Of a DNA stretch of 42,963 nucleotides, positions 11,201 to 19,786 are shown piece by piece. The stretch covers positions 1-42,963 of the forward strand of contig JAIXKU010000291.1 of NCBI GenBank assembly GCA_026936045.1, written 5' to 3'. Origin of the DNA: Flavobacteriales bacterium. GTDB taxonomy: Bacteria; Bacteroidota; Bacteroidia; CAIKAF01. Position 1 is the first letter of the stretch. Each line of letters opens with the position of its first letter. Under the pieces are notes generated by a model. That model had not been told where the DNA came from. It saw only the letters and a list, made by a program, of their open reading frames with translations, and did not search any database. The position numbers and the translations under genes were made by a program.

Positions 11201-11462
11201 TTCTTTCCCTTACCCATGCTTCATTCCGGTTCAACTTTTTGGCCAAATGTACTATGTGATTAGAATCTTCTCCTTTGGCTAACTTTCTCAGCTCTTCAAT
11301 AATGCGTTGCTTCATCTCGTTGGTGGCCTTATTGGTAAAGGTTACCGCCGAGATGTGCGCAAATTCATCAGGATTCCCAAAAAGGATAGTCAGGTATTCC
11401 TTGACTAAAGAGAATGTTTTTCCCGAACCGGCTGATGCTTTATATATGGATAGGTATGACAA
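8277..11462 (-). CDS. AddA-type UvrD/Rep-family helicase with C-terminal PD-(D/E)XK nuclease
   Basis: 1061 aa. Contains Walker A ASAGSGKTFSL, a DExQ-type motif II (LLDEFQDTS), helicase motifs (VGDVKQSIYRFRNGD; TIHKSKGLEFPVV) and a C-terminal nuclease (RPDRMIF, IIVDFKTGD, QVKAYCQ). Confidence 0.8.
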   Translation of the reverse strand: MSYLSIYKASAGSGKTFSLVKEYLTILFGNPDEFAHISAVTFTNKATNEMKQRIIEELRKLAKGEDSNHIVHLAKKLNRNEAWVRERSKIIYNRLLHQYHDFNIQTIDSFFQRIIRGFAKDIGLSAGFRLEMDTDLVLEESINKMMDELKPDTNLTKWISQFSRELADESKNWDIRAQLFAFAKHIFKEEFIELEPQIAAFVNDKEKIHQLSEQINVQIKSFRQQLEVWVKDGEALLNKHHLAPNDFSGKGRSFMQIFQKIKAHDFSLTDTFCNSIGYLEKWYTKTTDKDIIDRIQALYPEINPLLEKIYIYINDHGQHYFSALLAKENLYQLGILSEIQSYIRQYRDEHEVILMPDTAALIYRIIQNNEESFVYEKAGTYYHHFLLDEFQDTSSLQWKNFKPLISNSISQGYLCMLVGDVKQSIYRFRNGDWRLLMYHAEQDIPIHQVIQLNINYRSAIEIVRFNNTLFSSLPQMLSRQFTREFEDNNIQSDAYRWFVDAYQGQQQHYNSKLTGYVLVRNMHAEAEETGIDWQDLVIEDIILQITDAISRNYQPRDIVLLCRNGKEAALLFNQLTKAELNTGIISEESLQISNNSYVQLIISAIKLIAGVNASIQTGHMITQYALYLTENNVDHLHQFILFPPPPIRYVIENKDTISQQTIKDMIATLHVVFNDAGLFRKEDETFFQAFCDESIQYHNEYGGVLSQFIEWWDNEGQLKTIKLSETQNAIRILTIHKSKGLEFPVVILPFCSWSLDHRPNSDKKLWVRPHKDLRWQTPLIPIKYKQDTLKTYFRKEYMEEKSAAYLDNLNLLYVALTRAENELYVYLKAPDNTIEHKNVSSLLWHGLTAPAIEDKNNIFTDFSLSLDAPNACLELGEKTNKVSKSSDKDIAPMYVQDFTYGYPWKNTRLRKTPEAKKPWQEKGLAVHDLLSRMRTFDDAKTIIKLYSDTAYFDADEITFYNQLIEQLDAHPISKSWFEKNNLVLTEQPLIQEDGRVLRPDRMIFRNESVIIVDFKTGDPNASHIEQVKAYCQVASKIYKKRAIGYLYYIANNSIEEINQTA

Positions 11463-11608
11463 AATGCTTGAAAATGATTCACAAAATAAGAAAAGCTATT
11501 CTTTTCTTCTATTTGTTTAAAGAAGAGTTATGCACACAGTGCCGTTATCAACGGCTAAGCGCAATTAAGACGAATCTGAATGACGCCTCACGACTTATGA
11601 TACGAATC

Positions 11609-11913
11609 TTATTTCTTCGCTATCGGTGAAAATACCTCTACCTGATTTTTGATGAATTTAATGGTTTGCAAATATGCATATATGGCAGATACATCTTCAT
11701 CGATAATCTTTCCACATGCATTGTACATGGCATAATGGTATTAAAATCATCCGGTTTTAATGTTGTGTTGAGTGTCGTAGAATCCGGGCATGAAATAGAT
11801 TAAGGTTCAAGATAATTTACAAAGATATTTCATCTCCTAAGTTTTCTTGAAGCATTTTTTCTAAAAAATATCGAGAAGGACACAACATGACATAACATGG
11901 ATAAAATTTTCAT
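11609..11913 (-). pseudogene. possible remnant of a small c-type cytochrome gene
   Basis: Minus-strand 39-codon open stretch 11728..11609 reads MYNACGKIIDEDVSAIYAYLQTIKFIKNQVEVFSPIAKK. This resembles the conserved C-terminus of c-type cytochromes (xxDEDxxAIYAYLxxxKP). Upstream fragments in other frames include MPGFYD and a hydrophobic start MKILSMLCHVVSFSIFF (ATG at 11913), interrupted by stops and frame changes. Lies in an otherwise empty 549-bp intergenic gap. Confidence 0.3.
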
Positions 11914-12011
11914 TTGTTAAACACTAATTCTTGCTATGCAAAACGGACGAATGAATACTTGTTCTAAAACTTGTATACACCTATTATTTCCTTTATTTTC
12001 GTAAAAAAAAG

Positions 12012-13430
12012 ATGGAACTCTTTAATCCATATATAGGCGGTACGTTTATTGAAGGCGGTATCTCGCATGAGATTCGGAATCCGTATTCAAACGCGTTGGT
12101 GGCGCTTGCCTCTTTTGCTGATAAGGACATGACGAATGAGGCTATAGTGAAGGGAGTAGAAGCTGAAAGACGGATGCGTAACTTGCCTGCTTGGAAGCGG
12201 GCGGAGGTATTGCATTTTATTGCCAATGAGCTGGAAAGGAACCTGAAATACCATGCGTTATTACTTTCTTCTGAATCGGCTAAACCGATGCGGTATGCAT
12301 CAGCTGAGATTACGCGTGCCATACAGACGTTTCGTATAGCAGCAGAAGAGTCTAAACGCCTGTACGGAGAACTTTTGCGTATGGATTGGACTAGATCGGG
12401 AGAGGGACGAGAAGGTATTGTTAGATATTTTCCGATTGGCTTAGTGGCCGGTATCAGTCCCTTTAATTTTCCTTTAAATTTGGCTGTTCATAAAATAGCA
12501 CCGGCCATTGCTTCCGGTTGCCCGATTATCTTAAAGCCTTCCAGTATAACGCCGCTTTCGACATTAGCATTGGCGCGTATCATCTCTCAAACCGATTTGC
12601 CTCAAGGGGCTGTTTCTATATTGCCGACCGATCGTCATCTGGGTAATGCATTAGTGACGGATGAGAGAATACAACTTCTGTCTTTTACAGGCTCTGATAC
12701 GGTAGGTTGGAAAATGAAAGCGGATGTAGGAAAGAAAAAAACCGTATTGGAATTGGGCGGTAATGCCGGTGTGATTATTGCGCAATCAGTACAGTTAGAT
12801 GCCGTGATAGAAGCTTGTATGCTTGGCGCATTCTCCTATTCCGGTCAGATATGTATTCATGCACAACGATTCTTTGTTCATCGTACCCACTATGAAGCAT
12901 GCCTCGATAAGATGAGAAGCAGGGCTTTGGCATTGCGTGTTGGTAAACCGGAAAATCAAGAAACAGAGTTCTCTTCCATGATTGATGAGCCGAATGCTAA
13001 GCGCGTGAAAAGCTGGATAGATGAAGCTGTTTCTGAAGGCGCTGAACTTATTACTGGCGGAGAGCAACAAGGTACATTTGTCTCGCCTACTATTCTGACT
13101 AATACAAATGCTAATATGAAGGTTAATGCAGAAGAGGTATTTGGTCCGGTTATCACCATAGAGCCTTATGACGATTTTGAAAAGGCCGTTGAAAAAATAA
13201 ATCATACACGATTTGGATTGCAAGCGGGTGTGTTTACGAATGATATTAGAGAAATGGATTATGCCTTTTCAGAGATTCAGGCTGGTGGAATTATTCTTAA
13301 TCAAGCGCCCACATTACGGTTTGATCATATGCCTTATGGAGGACTTAAAGATTCCGGGTTAGGGCGAGAAGGGGTGAGATATGCCATGCAGGATATGCAG
13401 GAAATGAAAATTTTGATTAAATCGTTATAG
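12012..13430 (+). CDS. NAD(P)-dependent aldehyde dehydrogenase family protein
   Basis: 472 aa. ALDH motifs are present: LELGGNAG (catalytic Glu region), FSYSGQICIHAQR (catalytic Cys), EEVFGPV and a PYGGLKDSGLGREG C-terminal motif. Substrate not assignable from sequence. Confidence 0.85.
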   Translation: MELFNPYIGGTFIEGGISHEIRNPYSNALVALASFADKDMTNEAIVKGVEAERRMRNLPAWKRAEVLHFIANELERNLKYHALLLSSESAKPMRYASAEITRAIQTFRIAAEESKRLYGELLRMDWTRSGEGREGIVRYFPIGLVAGISPFNFPLNLAVHKIAPAIASGCPIILKPSSITPLSTLALARIISQTDLPQGAVSILPTDRHLGNALVTDERIQLLSFTGSDTVGWKMKADVGKKKTVLELGGNAGVIIAQSVQLDAVIEACMLGAFSYSGQICIHAQRFFVHRTHYEACLDKMRSRALALRVGKPENQETEFSSMIDEPNAKRVKSWIDEAVSEGAELITGGEQQGTFVSPTILTNTNANMKVNAEEVFGPVITIEPYDDFEKAVEKINHTRFGLQAGVFTNDIREMDYAFSEIQAGGIILNQAPTLRFDHMPYGGLKDSGLGREGVRYAMQDMQEMKILIKSL

Positions 13431-13433
13431 CAT

Positions 13434-14615
13434 ATGCAGCAGCTCTTTTTTCATTATCGAAACTTGATGTCGGTTGCCTCTGGAGAAAATCTGTTACCAC
13501 CGCTTTATCAATCCGTACAGGCTTTTGGAGTGGAAGATCTGTTTTGTTTGAATACTCCGAATATAAATCTGAATGAGATAACCTCTTTTTTGAATACGCA
13601 TCGTGGGGAGTGGATCTTCTTCTTCTTGTCTTATGATACGGTCTCTTCTTTTGCACCGGTAACGCCTCATCTTCAGGATGTCTCCATGTTCCCATACGTG
13701 GTGCTCTGTACAGCCTCTCATGTAGAAGTAAATAAAGAGCCTCTATATGTAGGACAGGGAGAAATTGTCGTTTCAGCTCCTGTACAACATACATCAAAAG
13801 CTGAATATATAGCCGGATTCGATAAGATTATGCAGCATATCAGAGAGGGCGATATTTATGAGATGAATTATTGTATTCCCTTTTCGGCGGATGTACAGGC
13901 TATGAATGCTTATACCTTTTGGCAGCGCCTTTGTGCTAAGCAACCTATGCCTATGAGCATGTTCTTTGAATGGGGTGATTGGGCTTGTATGAGCGCCAGT
14001 CCGGAGCGATTTTTTCAAAAAAGAGAAGCTGTTATTTTCTCTCAACCCATGAAAGGTACACAGAAAAGAATTGATGGTTTAGACGAGAAGGCAGAAAAAG
14101 AACGGCTGTTTAATAGCGAAAAAGATCGAACCGAGAATGTGATGACTGTGGATGTGACGCGTAATGATCTTTCTAAAATATCTATACCGGGCTCTGTTAA
14201 GGTGGATGAACTTTTTGGCGTTTATACGTTTCGGTACTGGTATCAACTTATCTCAACCGTGTCTGCACAGTTGAAGCAGGATATAGATTTTATAGATATC
14301 ATGAAAGCGCTTTTTCCCATGGCCAGTATGACAGGCGCTCCCAAAATCAGAGCTATGCAAATCATTCATGAATATGAGCCTTTTTCAAGAGGGCCGTATT
14401 CCGGAACTATTGGTTTTATAGATCCGAAAGGTAATATAGATGCGAATGTATTGATACGTTCCGTTTTTCTAAATAAAGCATTACAGAAAATCTTCTTCTG
14501 GTCGGGAGGTGCTATAACAGAGGCTTCTCAGGCTGAGGACGAATACAATGAATGTTTATTAAAATCAACTGCTATTATTGATATGCTTAAATCCTATATA
14601 CATGAGCTTTCCTGA
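13434..14615 (+). CDS. pabB: chorismate-binding enzyme, aminodeoxychorismate synthase component I-like
   Basis: 393 aa with the chorismate-utilising enzyme motifs SPERFF, MTGAPK, PYSGTIGF and GGAITEASQAEDEYNE. Starts 3 nt after the ALDH stop. Confidence 0.7.
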   Translation: MQQLFFHYRNLMSVASGENLLPPLYQSVQAFGVEDLFCLNTPNINLNEITSFLNTHRGEWIFFFLSYDTVSSFAPVTPHLQDVSMFPYVVLCTASHVEVNKEPLYVGQGEIVVSAPVQHTSKAEYIAGFDKIMQHIREGDIYEMNYCIPFSADVQAMNAYTFWQRLCAKQPMPMSMFFEWGDWACMSASPERFFQKREAVIFSQPMKGTQKRIDGLDEKAEKERLFNSEKDRTENVMTVDVTRNDLSKISIPGSVKVDELFGVYTFRYWYQLISTVSAQLKQDIDFIDIMKALFPMASMTGAPKIRAMQIIHEYEPFSRGPYSGTIGFIDPKGNIDANVLIRSVFLNKALQKIFFWSGGAITEASQAEDEYNECLLKSTAIIDMLKSYIHELS

Positions 14616-15936
14616 CAGATTTATACAAAACTGGAAAGTGCGCTTTGACATACCCGATCAGAAGAAAATCCTTTTGGCCGTGAGTGGCGGTATAGATTCG
14701 ATGGCGATGGCCTATCTGTTTTATATGCATCAAATACCGTTTGATATAGCGCATGTCAATTATAAATTGAGAGGAAAGGACTCTGAAAAAGACGCTGCAT
14801 TAGTTAAGAAAATGGCTAAACAATGGAACGTGAAGTTTCATTGTTACACACCGAGCATTAAGCAGACCAAAGAGAGAACAAAAGGCAGTACTCAGGAGAT
14901 TGCGCGTCAGTTGAGATATGAATGGTTTGATGAATTATGCAGAAAATACGATTATGCATTTGTGGCTACAGCGCATCAGGCCGATGATACTATTGAAACA
15001 TTTTTTATTAATCTGATTAGAGGTACAGGTATTGAAGGCCTGACAGGTATTCCGGAAATCAATGGCAATCGCATTCGCCCAATGCTCTTTGCTCATCGAA
15101 ATGACATAGAAGCGTTCGTCTCCGAATATGAAATCCCATACAGGATAGATCATACTAACTTAGAAACCAATTATACCCGAAATATCATCAGACATGACAT
15201 ATTACCACGGTTTGCCGAAATAAATACTAATTTCTCTTCCCGCATGTTGAAAAATATGGATAATCTTCGTACGGCCAAGACGCTTTATCTTATGTCTGTT
15301 CAGCGATTAAAATCAGAGCTTATCCATGTAGATCCGGAGTTGCCCGGCTATAAAATAGCTATGCTGGAATTAGTCGGTAGAGATATACATGCATCGGTGC
15401 TGTATGAATTGATAAAGGATTTTGGCTTTAATCAGACTCAGGCGGCTGATATGATAGAGGCGATTGGCGGAAAGAATGGGTTAGTCTTTTCATCTCCCCT
15501 TTTTGATTGTATTACCGATCGCGGCTTTTTCCTGATTAGAGAGAAACAAACCTTAACGATGGATTCGTTTATCATCACCTCTGCCTCAAAAGGGAATTGG
15601 ATGGCGTTCACTTGGAAAGCGACCACCATCGGAAAGTATAAGCACATTCATCATCCGTCCGTAGCAGAACTTGATCTAGAAAAATTGACATTTCCTCTTA
15701 TGTTTCGAAAATGGGAGATGGGCGATTATATCCGACCGCTTGGCATGAAAGGCCGAAAAAAAATCAGTGATTTAACCACCGATCATAAGCTTAATAAATT
15801 TGAAAAAGACAATCTGTTTGTCTTGTGCCAGGCCGACGGTACAATCATTTGGGTGCCGGGTATCTGCATCTCACATCAGCAGCGAATAACTGAAACAACT
15901 CAAAAAATATGGCTGGTTCAGTGGATTGCCATGTAG
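14602..15936 (+). CDS. tilS: tRNA(Ile)-lysidine synthetase
   Basis: PP-loop LLAVSGGIDSMAM (SGGxDS) and a TilS-type C-terminal domain. I prefer the ATG at 14602 over the in-frame TTG at 14578 used by the ORF track. It overlaps the pabB end by 14 nt. Confidence 0.85.
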   Translation: MSFPDRFIQNWKVRFDIPDQKKILLAVSGGIDSMAMAYLFYMHQIPFDIAHVNYKLRGKDSEKDAALVKKMAKQWNVKFHCYTPSIKQTKERTKGSTQEIARQLRYEWFDELCRKYDYAFVATAHQADDTIETFFINLIRGTGIEGLTGIPEINGNRIRPMLFAHRNDIEAFVSEYEIPYRIDHTNLETNYTRNIIRHDILPRFAEINTNFSSRMLKNMDNLRTAKTLYLMSVQRLKSELIHVDPELPGYKIAMLELVGRDIHASVLYELIKDFGFNQTQAADMIEAIGGKNGLVFSSPLFDCITDRGFFLIREKQTLTMDSFIITSASKGNWMAFTWKATTIGKYKHIHHPSVAELDLEKLTFPLMFRKWEMGDYIRPLGMKGRKKISDLTTDHKLNKFEKDNLFVLCQADGTIIWVPGICISHQQRITETTQKIWLVQWIAM

Positions 15937-16041
15937 CCTATCTTTTTTTTTCGTCTTAAATAATAATTTGTTTTTCCTTTTCGTTAGTTAATAAAGCAGG
16001 CTTTTTAGACGACGTTATTCCTTAACATTAATCTATTTGTC

Positions 16042-17148
16042 ATGAGAACTTTTTTGTTTATTTGCTTGCTAGTATTATCTATTATTGTATTGCAAGCGCA
16101 ACAAGGCTATAATTTTATTAGGCTTGATTTTCCTGAAGGTGATTTTCATTTAAATAAAGAACACCTTAATCAGCTTGGCCGCCTTTCTGACATCTTATAT
16201 GGGGCAGATAATATTGTAATATCTTCATCATTTATCTCTTCCAGAAATATTCAGAAAAAGGAAAACGATCTTTTTAATCTTTATGATGAATTGTTGCGTT
16301 TCTTTAGAGAGGAAAATATTGTATTAGATATTGTTACAATCAATCCTCCTGTCCGTTCCGTAGAAGATAAAATTGAAATAACCTGTCATGTGCCTGTATT
16401 GTCCCCCAGTATCAATAATTATAGAGATACATCTACTGTCCACGCTGATGGGTTTAGGATTGAATACAACATAATCAATCATAAGGCTATACAAGAACTT
16501 CAGATTAAAACGATACAGATACAAGATATGCAAACGACATCAGCCATTGAATCGATATCTTCAAGAGGCGAATATTTGTCTTTGGTTTCTGCATTTCAGT
16601 TGAAGGAAGGAGAACAAAAATTGCAAGATACTTCACGTATTCTACTTCCCATACCGGAGGAGTTTTCTAATGCCAAGCTTTTGATTTTTCGTTTAAATAC
16701 ATATACCAACTTATGGGAGCAAATTAAATCCGGTGTCTATCAGAAAAAGGTTGGTAAATTCAGATTTCTATCTATGCCGTTTACCGGCTCTGGGATATAT
16801 TCGTTACAACAGGTCATTTCCGGGAAAGCAATTCCTGTTGTGTTTTCTGTTCCCGTCAAATATGCTATCAATACAGGCACGTTTAAATCCGCTTTCCCTC
16901 ATATTTATCAGACAGGGCAGATTTCTGATAATCAAACCGAAATTAAGTTTCTTATCCCCAAAAAATTCAGTTTTGTTTCGCTGGATATAATTATTACAGA
17001 TCCCAACCAAAATATTTGGTCTATTGATCAATCATGGGTGGAAAAAATAATCAGTGATAAAATAAGAAACTATAAACCAGGCGACCCAATCAATATTTGC
17101 ATTAATAAGAGCGTGTTGACGGAAAGGACTGCTTTATCTCAGAAATAG
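16042..17148 (+). CDS. secreted protein of unknown function
   Basis: 368 aa. Signal-peptide-like N-terminus MRTFLFICLLVLSIIVLQAQ. No recognised motif. The C-terminal half is co-linear with the next ORF. Confidence 0.6.
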   Translation: MRTFLFICLLVLSIIVLQAQQGYNFIRLDFPEGDFHLNKEHLNQLGRLSDILYGADNIVISSSFISSRNIQKKENDLFNLYDELLRFFREENIVLDIVTINPPVRSVEDKIEITCHVPVLSPSINNYRDTSTVHADGFRIEYNIINHKAIQELQIKTIQIQDMQTTSAIESISSRGEYLSLVSAFQLKEGEQKLQDTSRILLPIPEEFSNAKLLIFRLNTYTNLWEQIKSGVYQKKVGKFRFLSMPFTGSGIYSLQQVISGKAIPVVFSVPVKYAINTGTFKSAFPHIYQTGQISDNQTEIKFLIPKKFSFVSLDIIITDPNQNIWSIDQSWVEKIISDKIRNYKPGDPINICINKSVLTERTALSQK

Positions 17149-17176
17149 AATAATAAATCCTTTAAATCTAAATGCT

Positions 17177-17884
17177 ATGAGTATAAAAACCATCATCATC
17201 ATCTTTCTGCCGGTAATTCCATTGGTAACGGATGCTCAGAAACTACGCTCAGCACATATTTCATTCAATGAGATGATTGCAGATTTCAATACAATGAATG
17301 AAAAGAATGAGATTATGTGTATGAAAGAAGCTATTCGTTTTACTACGTCGGACGGCCTTTGTTTGCCTACGCCTATTGATATGTATTTTGAAATGAACTT
17401 AGCTGACGAAGGGAATAAATATATATTGTGTTCTTGGGATGCTTCGTTGAATAGATGGATCAAAACAAAAAATATGTCGTTACGTATCTCAGATCTTGGA
17501 ATGCATAAATATTATTACACTTCTATCAGTTGCAGTGGCGTATATGGCTTATTTGAATTAAGCAGATCGAGGCAGGGAAAAGATATCGTTCTGCCGAAAG
17601 GATATAAACTTCATTCATTGAGATTCGTACAAGAAAACACCAAAGTAATTTATGAGTTCAAGAGTAGAATTGGCGTATCAGAACTACATTTGCCTTATGA
17701 TCAAATCTCGGCTTTGTCCTATTTTTTCTTGGATGTATCAAATGATAAAAATCAACATTTGATGATATCTGAGCTGAGAACGGGCGTTTTGTTAGAAAAA
17801 AATCCGCTATCATCCAATCTGCTTCTCAATGAAAAAACCATTTTAAAGTATGCGATAGATCAAACATTAAAAACAAGTAAATAA
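17177..17884 (+). CDS. secreted protein of unknown function (possible paralog of the preceding gene)
   Basis: 235 aa. Signal-peptide-like N-terminus MSIKTIIIIFLPVIPLVTDAQ. Shows weak co-linear similarity to the C-terminal half of ORF 16042..17148. Confidence 0.6.
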   Translation: MSIKTIIIIFLPVIPLVTDAQKLRSAHISFNEMIADFNTMNEKNEIMCMKEAIRFTTSDGLCLPTPIDMYFEMNLADEGNKYILCSWDASLNRWIKTKNMSLRISDLGMHKYYYTSISCSGVYGLFELSRSRQGKDIVLPKGYKLHSLRFVQENTKVIYEFKSRIGVSELHLPYDQISALSYFFLDVSNDKNQHLMISELRTGVLLEKNPLSSNLLLNEKTILKYAIDQTLKTSK

Positions 17885-17885
17885 T

Positions 17886-18764
17886 ATGAAAAAGCCCATC
17901 ATCGCTGCACTTGCTGTCATTCTAGCGTGCAGCAGCAGTTTGACTGCTCAGATAAGAAATCTGAATATTGAGAAAGCTTCAAAGAAGAAAATTTTATCTT
18001 ACAAAGGTGAAATTGATTCTCAAAGTTCAGATCGCAAGTTGAGACTTTCATTGAAGAATAAGTCTAAAGACACATTATACTTGCACATTGAACCCGGTCG
18101 TATTTTTTACCCGAATAATGACTCATACCAGCCATTGGTTGTTTATCGAGAGAAAAATATCGTATTAAAACCCGAAGAATCGCGTGAGGTTTATTTGAAT
18201 GCTCTGTGTGGTGCTTCAAATAAAGGTAGTAATTGTAATGGCTGTGCCATGTTTAATCGTTCAGAGATGGGATCGGATGAAATGCAGGGAGTTTTAAGGT
18301 TTTTGAATCAAAAAAGACTGGATGCTCATGTTGATATGCAGCATTTGATATGGGTTTTTACAAACAATCATCTTGTTGCCAGTATTGGGAGGGCCGGCCT
18401 TGATGAGAAAACATATCAAGCACTATTAATAGAAATAGCGCGTTTAAAAGGGGTTTTGCCACCATGGTACACCGTCACCTATGCCGAGCCGGAAGCCGGT
18501 TCTCGCAGCGTGTTTACTAATAAGCCGGTTAAAATAGAAGGTAAGATCTCCTATTTCAATCAAGAAAAACAGGATATGCAAATTGTTCTGCGAGATGAAT
18601 CTGGAGGGATTATTCGTTATTTTAAATATATCAATCAGCAATTGCCGGGCGAATATAATATTTCGCTTGTGGCGGATGTCTCAGGCATAAATCCGGGCCA
18701 CTATGATGTCTCCATAGAGAATTCCAACGAGAGGCAAGTTACATCTTATGATTTAGCATTGTGA
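17886..18764 (+). CDS. putative lipoprotein of unknown function
   Basis: 292 aa. Lipobox-like signal MKKPIIAALAVILAC with Cys at position 15. Cys-rich loop CGASNKGSNCNGC. Starts 1 nt after the preceding stop. Confidence 0.6.
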   Translation: MKKPIIAALAVILACSSSLTAQIRNLNIEKASKKKILSYKGEIDSQSSDRKLRLSLKNKSKDTLYLHIEPGRIFYPNNDSYQPLVVYREKNIVLKPEESREVYLNALCGASNKGSNCNGCAMFNRSEMGSDEMQGVLRFLNQKRLDAHVDMQHLIWVFTNNHLVASIGRAGLDEKTYQALLIEIARLKGVLPPWYTVTYAEPEAGSRSVFTNKPVKIEGKISYFNQEKQDMQIVLRDESGGIIRYFKYINQQLPGEYNISLVADVSGINPGHYDVSIENSNERQVTSYDLAL

Positions 18765-18787
18765 TATACGATATAATTGGGTTCAAA

Positions 18788-18822
18788 GTAAAAAGCCCCG
18801 ATTATTACTCAGGGCTTTTTAC
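18788..18822. terminator. bidirectional rho-independent terminator hairpin between convergent genes
   Basis: Perfect 11-bp inverted repeat GTAAAAAGCCC (18788-18798) / GGGCTTTTTAC (18812-18822) with a 13-nt loop. A-run on one side and T-run on the other. Confidence 0.6.
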
Positions 18823-18859
18823 TTTCATAAGGATGTATTAAGGTTAGACAAAATGAATT

Positions 18860-19699
18860 TTATTTTTTCTTTTCCCATTCAATAATGGATTTGTCATTCA
18901 TCTTTACATAGCTCTCATCGCCATCTTTTTGAGCCAATTCGGATGATTTTCTTGCTGTTTCGATGGCGCCTTTATAGTCGCCATTCCCGACTTGAATCAA
19001 TGCCTTTGTTCGTAGCACCCAGTAACGCGCATAGCCGTTCTCTATAGCTAGATTTATCCATGTGAGCGCTTGCTTCAAATCTTTATTATTTTCTAAATAA
19101 TAGGAAGCAGCCTGATAATAATTATTGGCCGGAATCTGTAATGCGGCATTGATACTTTCCATTACCAGACGATCAGGATTAGTTTCTATTGTAAAGCGCA
19201 ATCCTGTATTTTCCCATAGTATTTCTACATCAGCTGTTTTGGTTGTCACATTGCTAAACCCGATGGTGAAGGTCTCAGTAAAAAATGAGGTTGTGAAGGA
19301 CTTAACCTTAAAGCGACAGATATCCTGTTCGTTTTTATAACCGGCAGTACCGGATAATTCAGCTTGTTTACTGATAATGATTGTCCATTCGGCTTTCCCC
19401 GGTATGGTAAATAGAGCATAATCTCCTTTTGGTAATGTATTTCCTGAAATGGTTACCGTATCGGATATGCTGAGTCTGGATGCTTTGTTTGCACCTGTAC
19501 GCCACATCTTATCAAACGGCACCAAATCGCCAAACACTTTGCGTCCTTTGGCACTGGGACGTGAATAGGTGATACCTACTTCAACTAATCCTATTCTTTG
19601 TGTAACGGAAGATAACGGGCTGGGCTGTGGCATGGTGATTTGGGCATCCATGCCTAACCAACTCAATAAAAGCATTAAAAAGAAAACTTGTTTTTTCAT
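18860..19699 (-). CDS. DUF2911-like secreted protein with C-terminal TPR-like region
   Basis: I place the start at MKKQVFFLMLLLSWLGMDAQ (ATG at 19699), a good signal peptide. The ORF-track start at 19798 adds 33 non-signal residues. The core PSPLSSVTQRIGLVEVGITYSRPSAKGRKVFGDLVPFDKMWRTGANKAS matches my recollection of DUF2911. Confidence 0.7.
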   Translation of the reverse strand: MKKQVFFLMLLLSWLGMDAQITMPQPSPLSSVTQRIGLVEVGITYSRPSAKGRKVFGDLVPFDKMWRTGANKASRLSISDTVTISGNTLPKGDYALFTIPGKAEWTIIISKQAELSGTAGYKNEQDICRFKVKSFTTSFFTETFTIGFSNVTTKTADVEILWENTGLRFTIETNPDRLVMESINAALQIPANNYYQAASYYLENNKDLKQALTWINLAIENGYARYWVLRTKALIQVGNGDYKGAIETARKSSELAQKDGDESYVKMNDKSIIEWEKKK

Positions 19700-19729
19700 G
19701 ATTGAAATTGTGTTTATAGATTCATATTT

Positions 19730-19737
19730 TACCTTTG
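19730..19737 (+). promoter_or_regulatory. -7 promoter box TACCTTTG (TAnnTTTG)
   Basis: Exact consensus match upstream of the TonB-dependent receptor gene. Its position makes the ORF-track TTG start at 19739 unlikely. Confidence 0.4.
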
Positions 19738-19786
19738 CTTGATGTCGAAAGATAACCAAAATAAAGCAAGAAAGTTTATACCCTCG

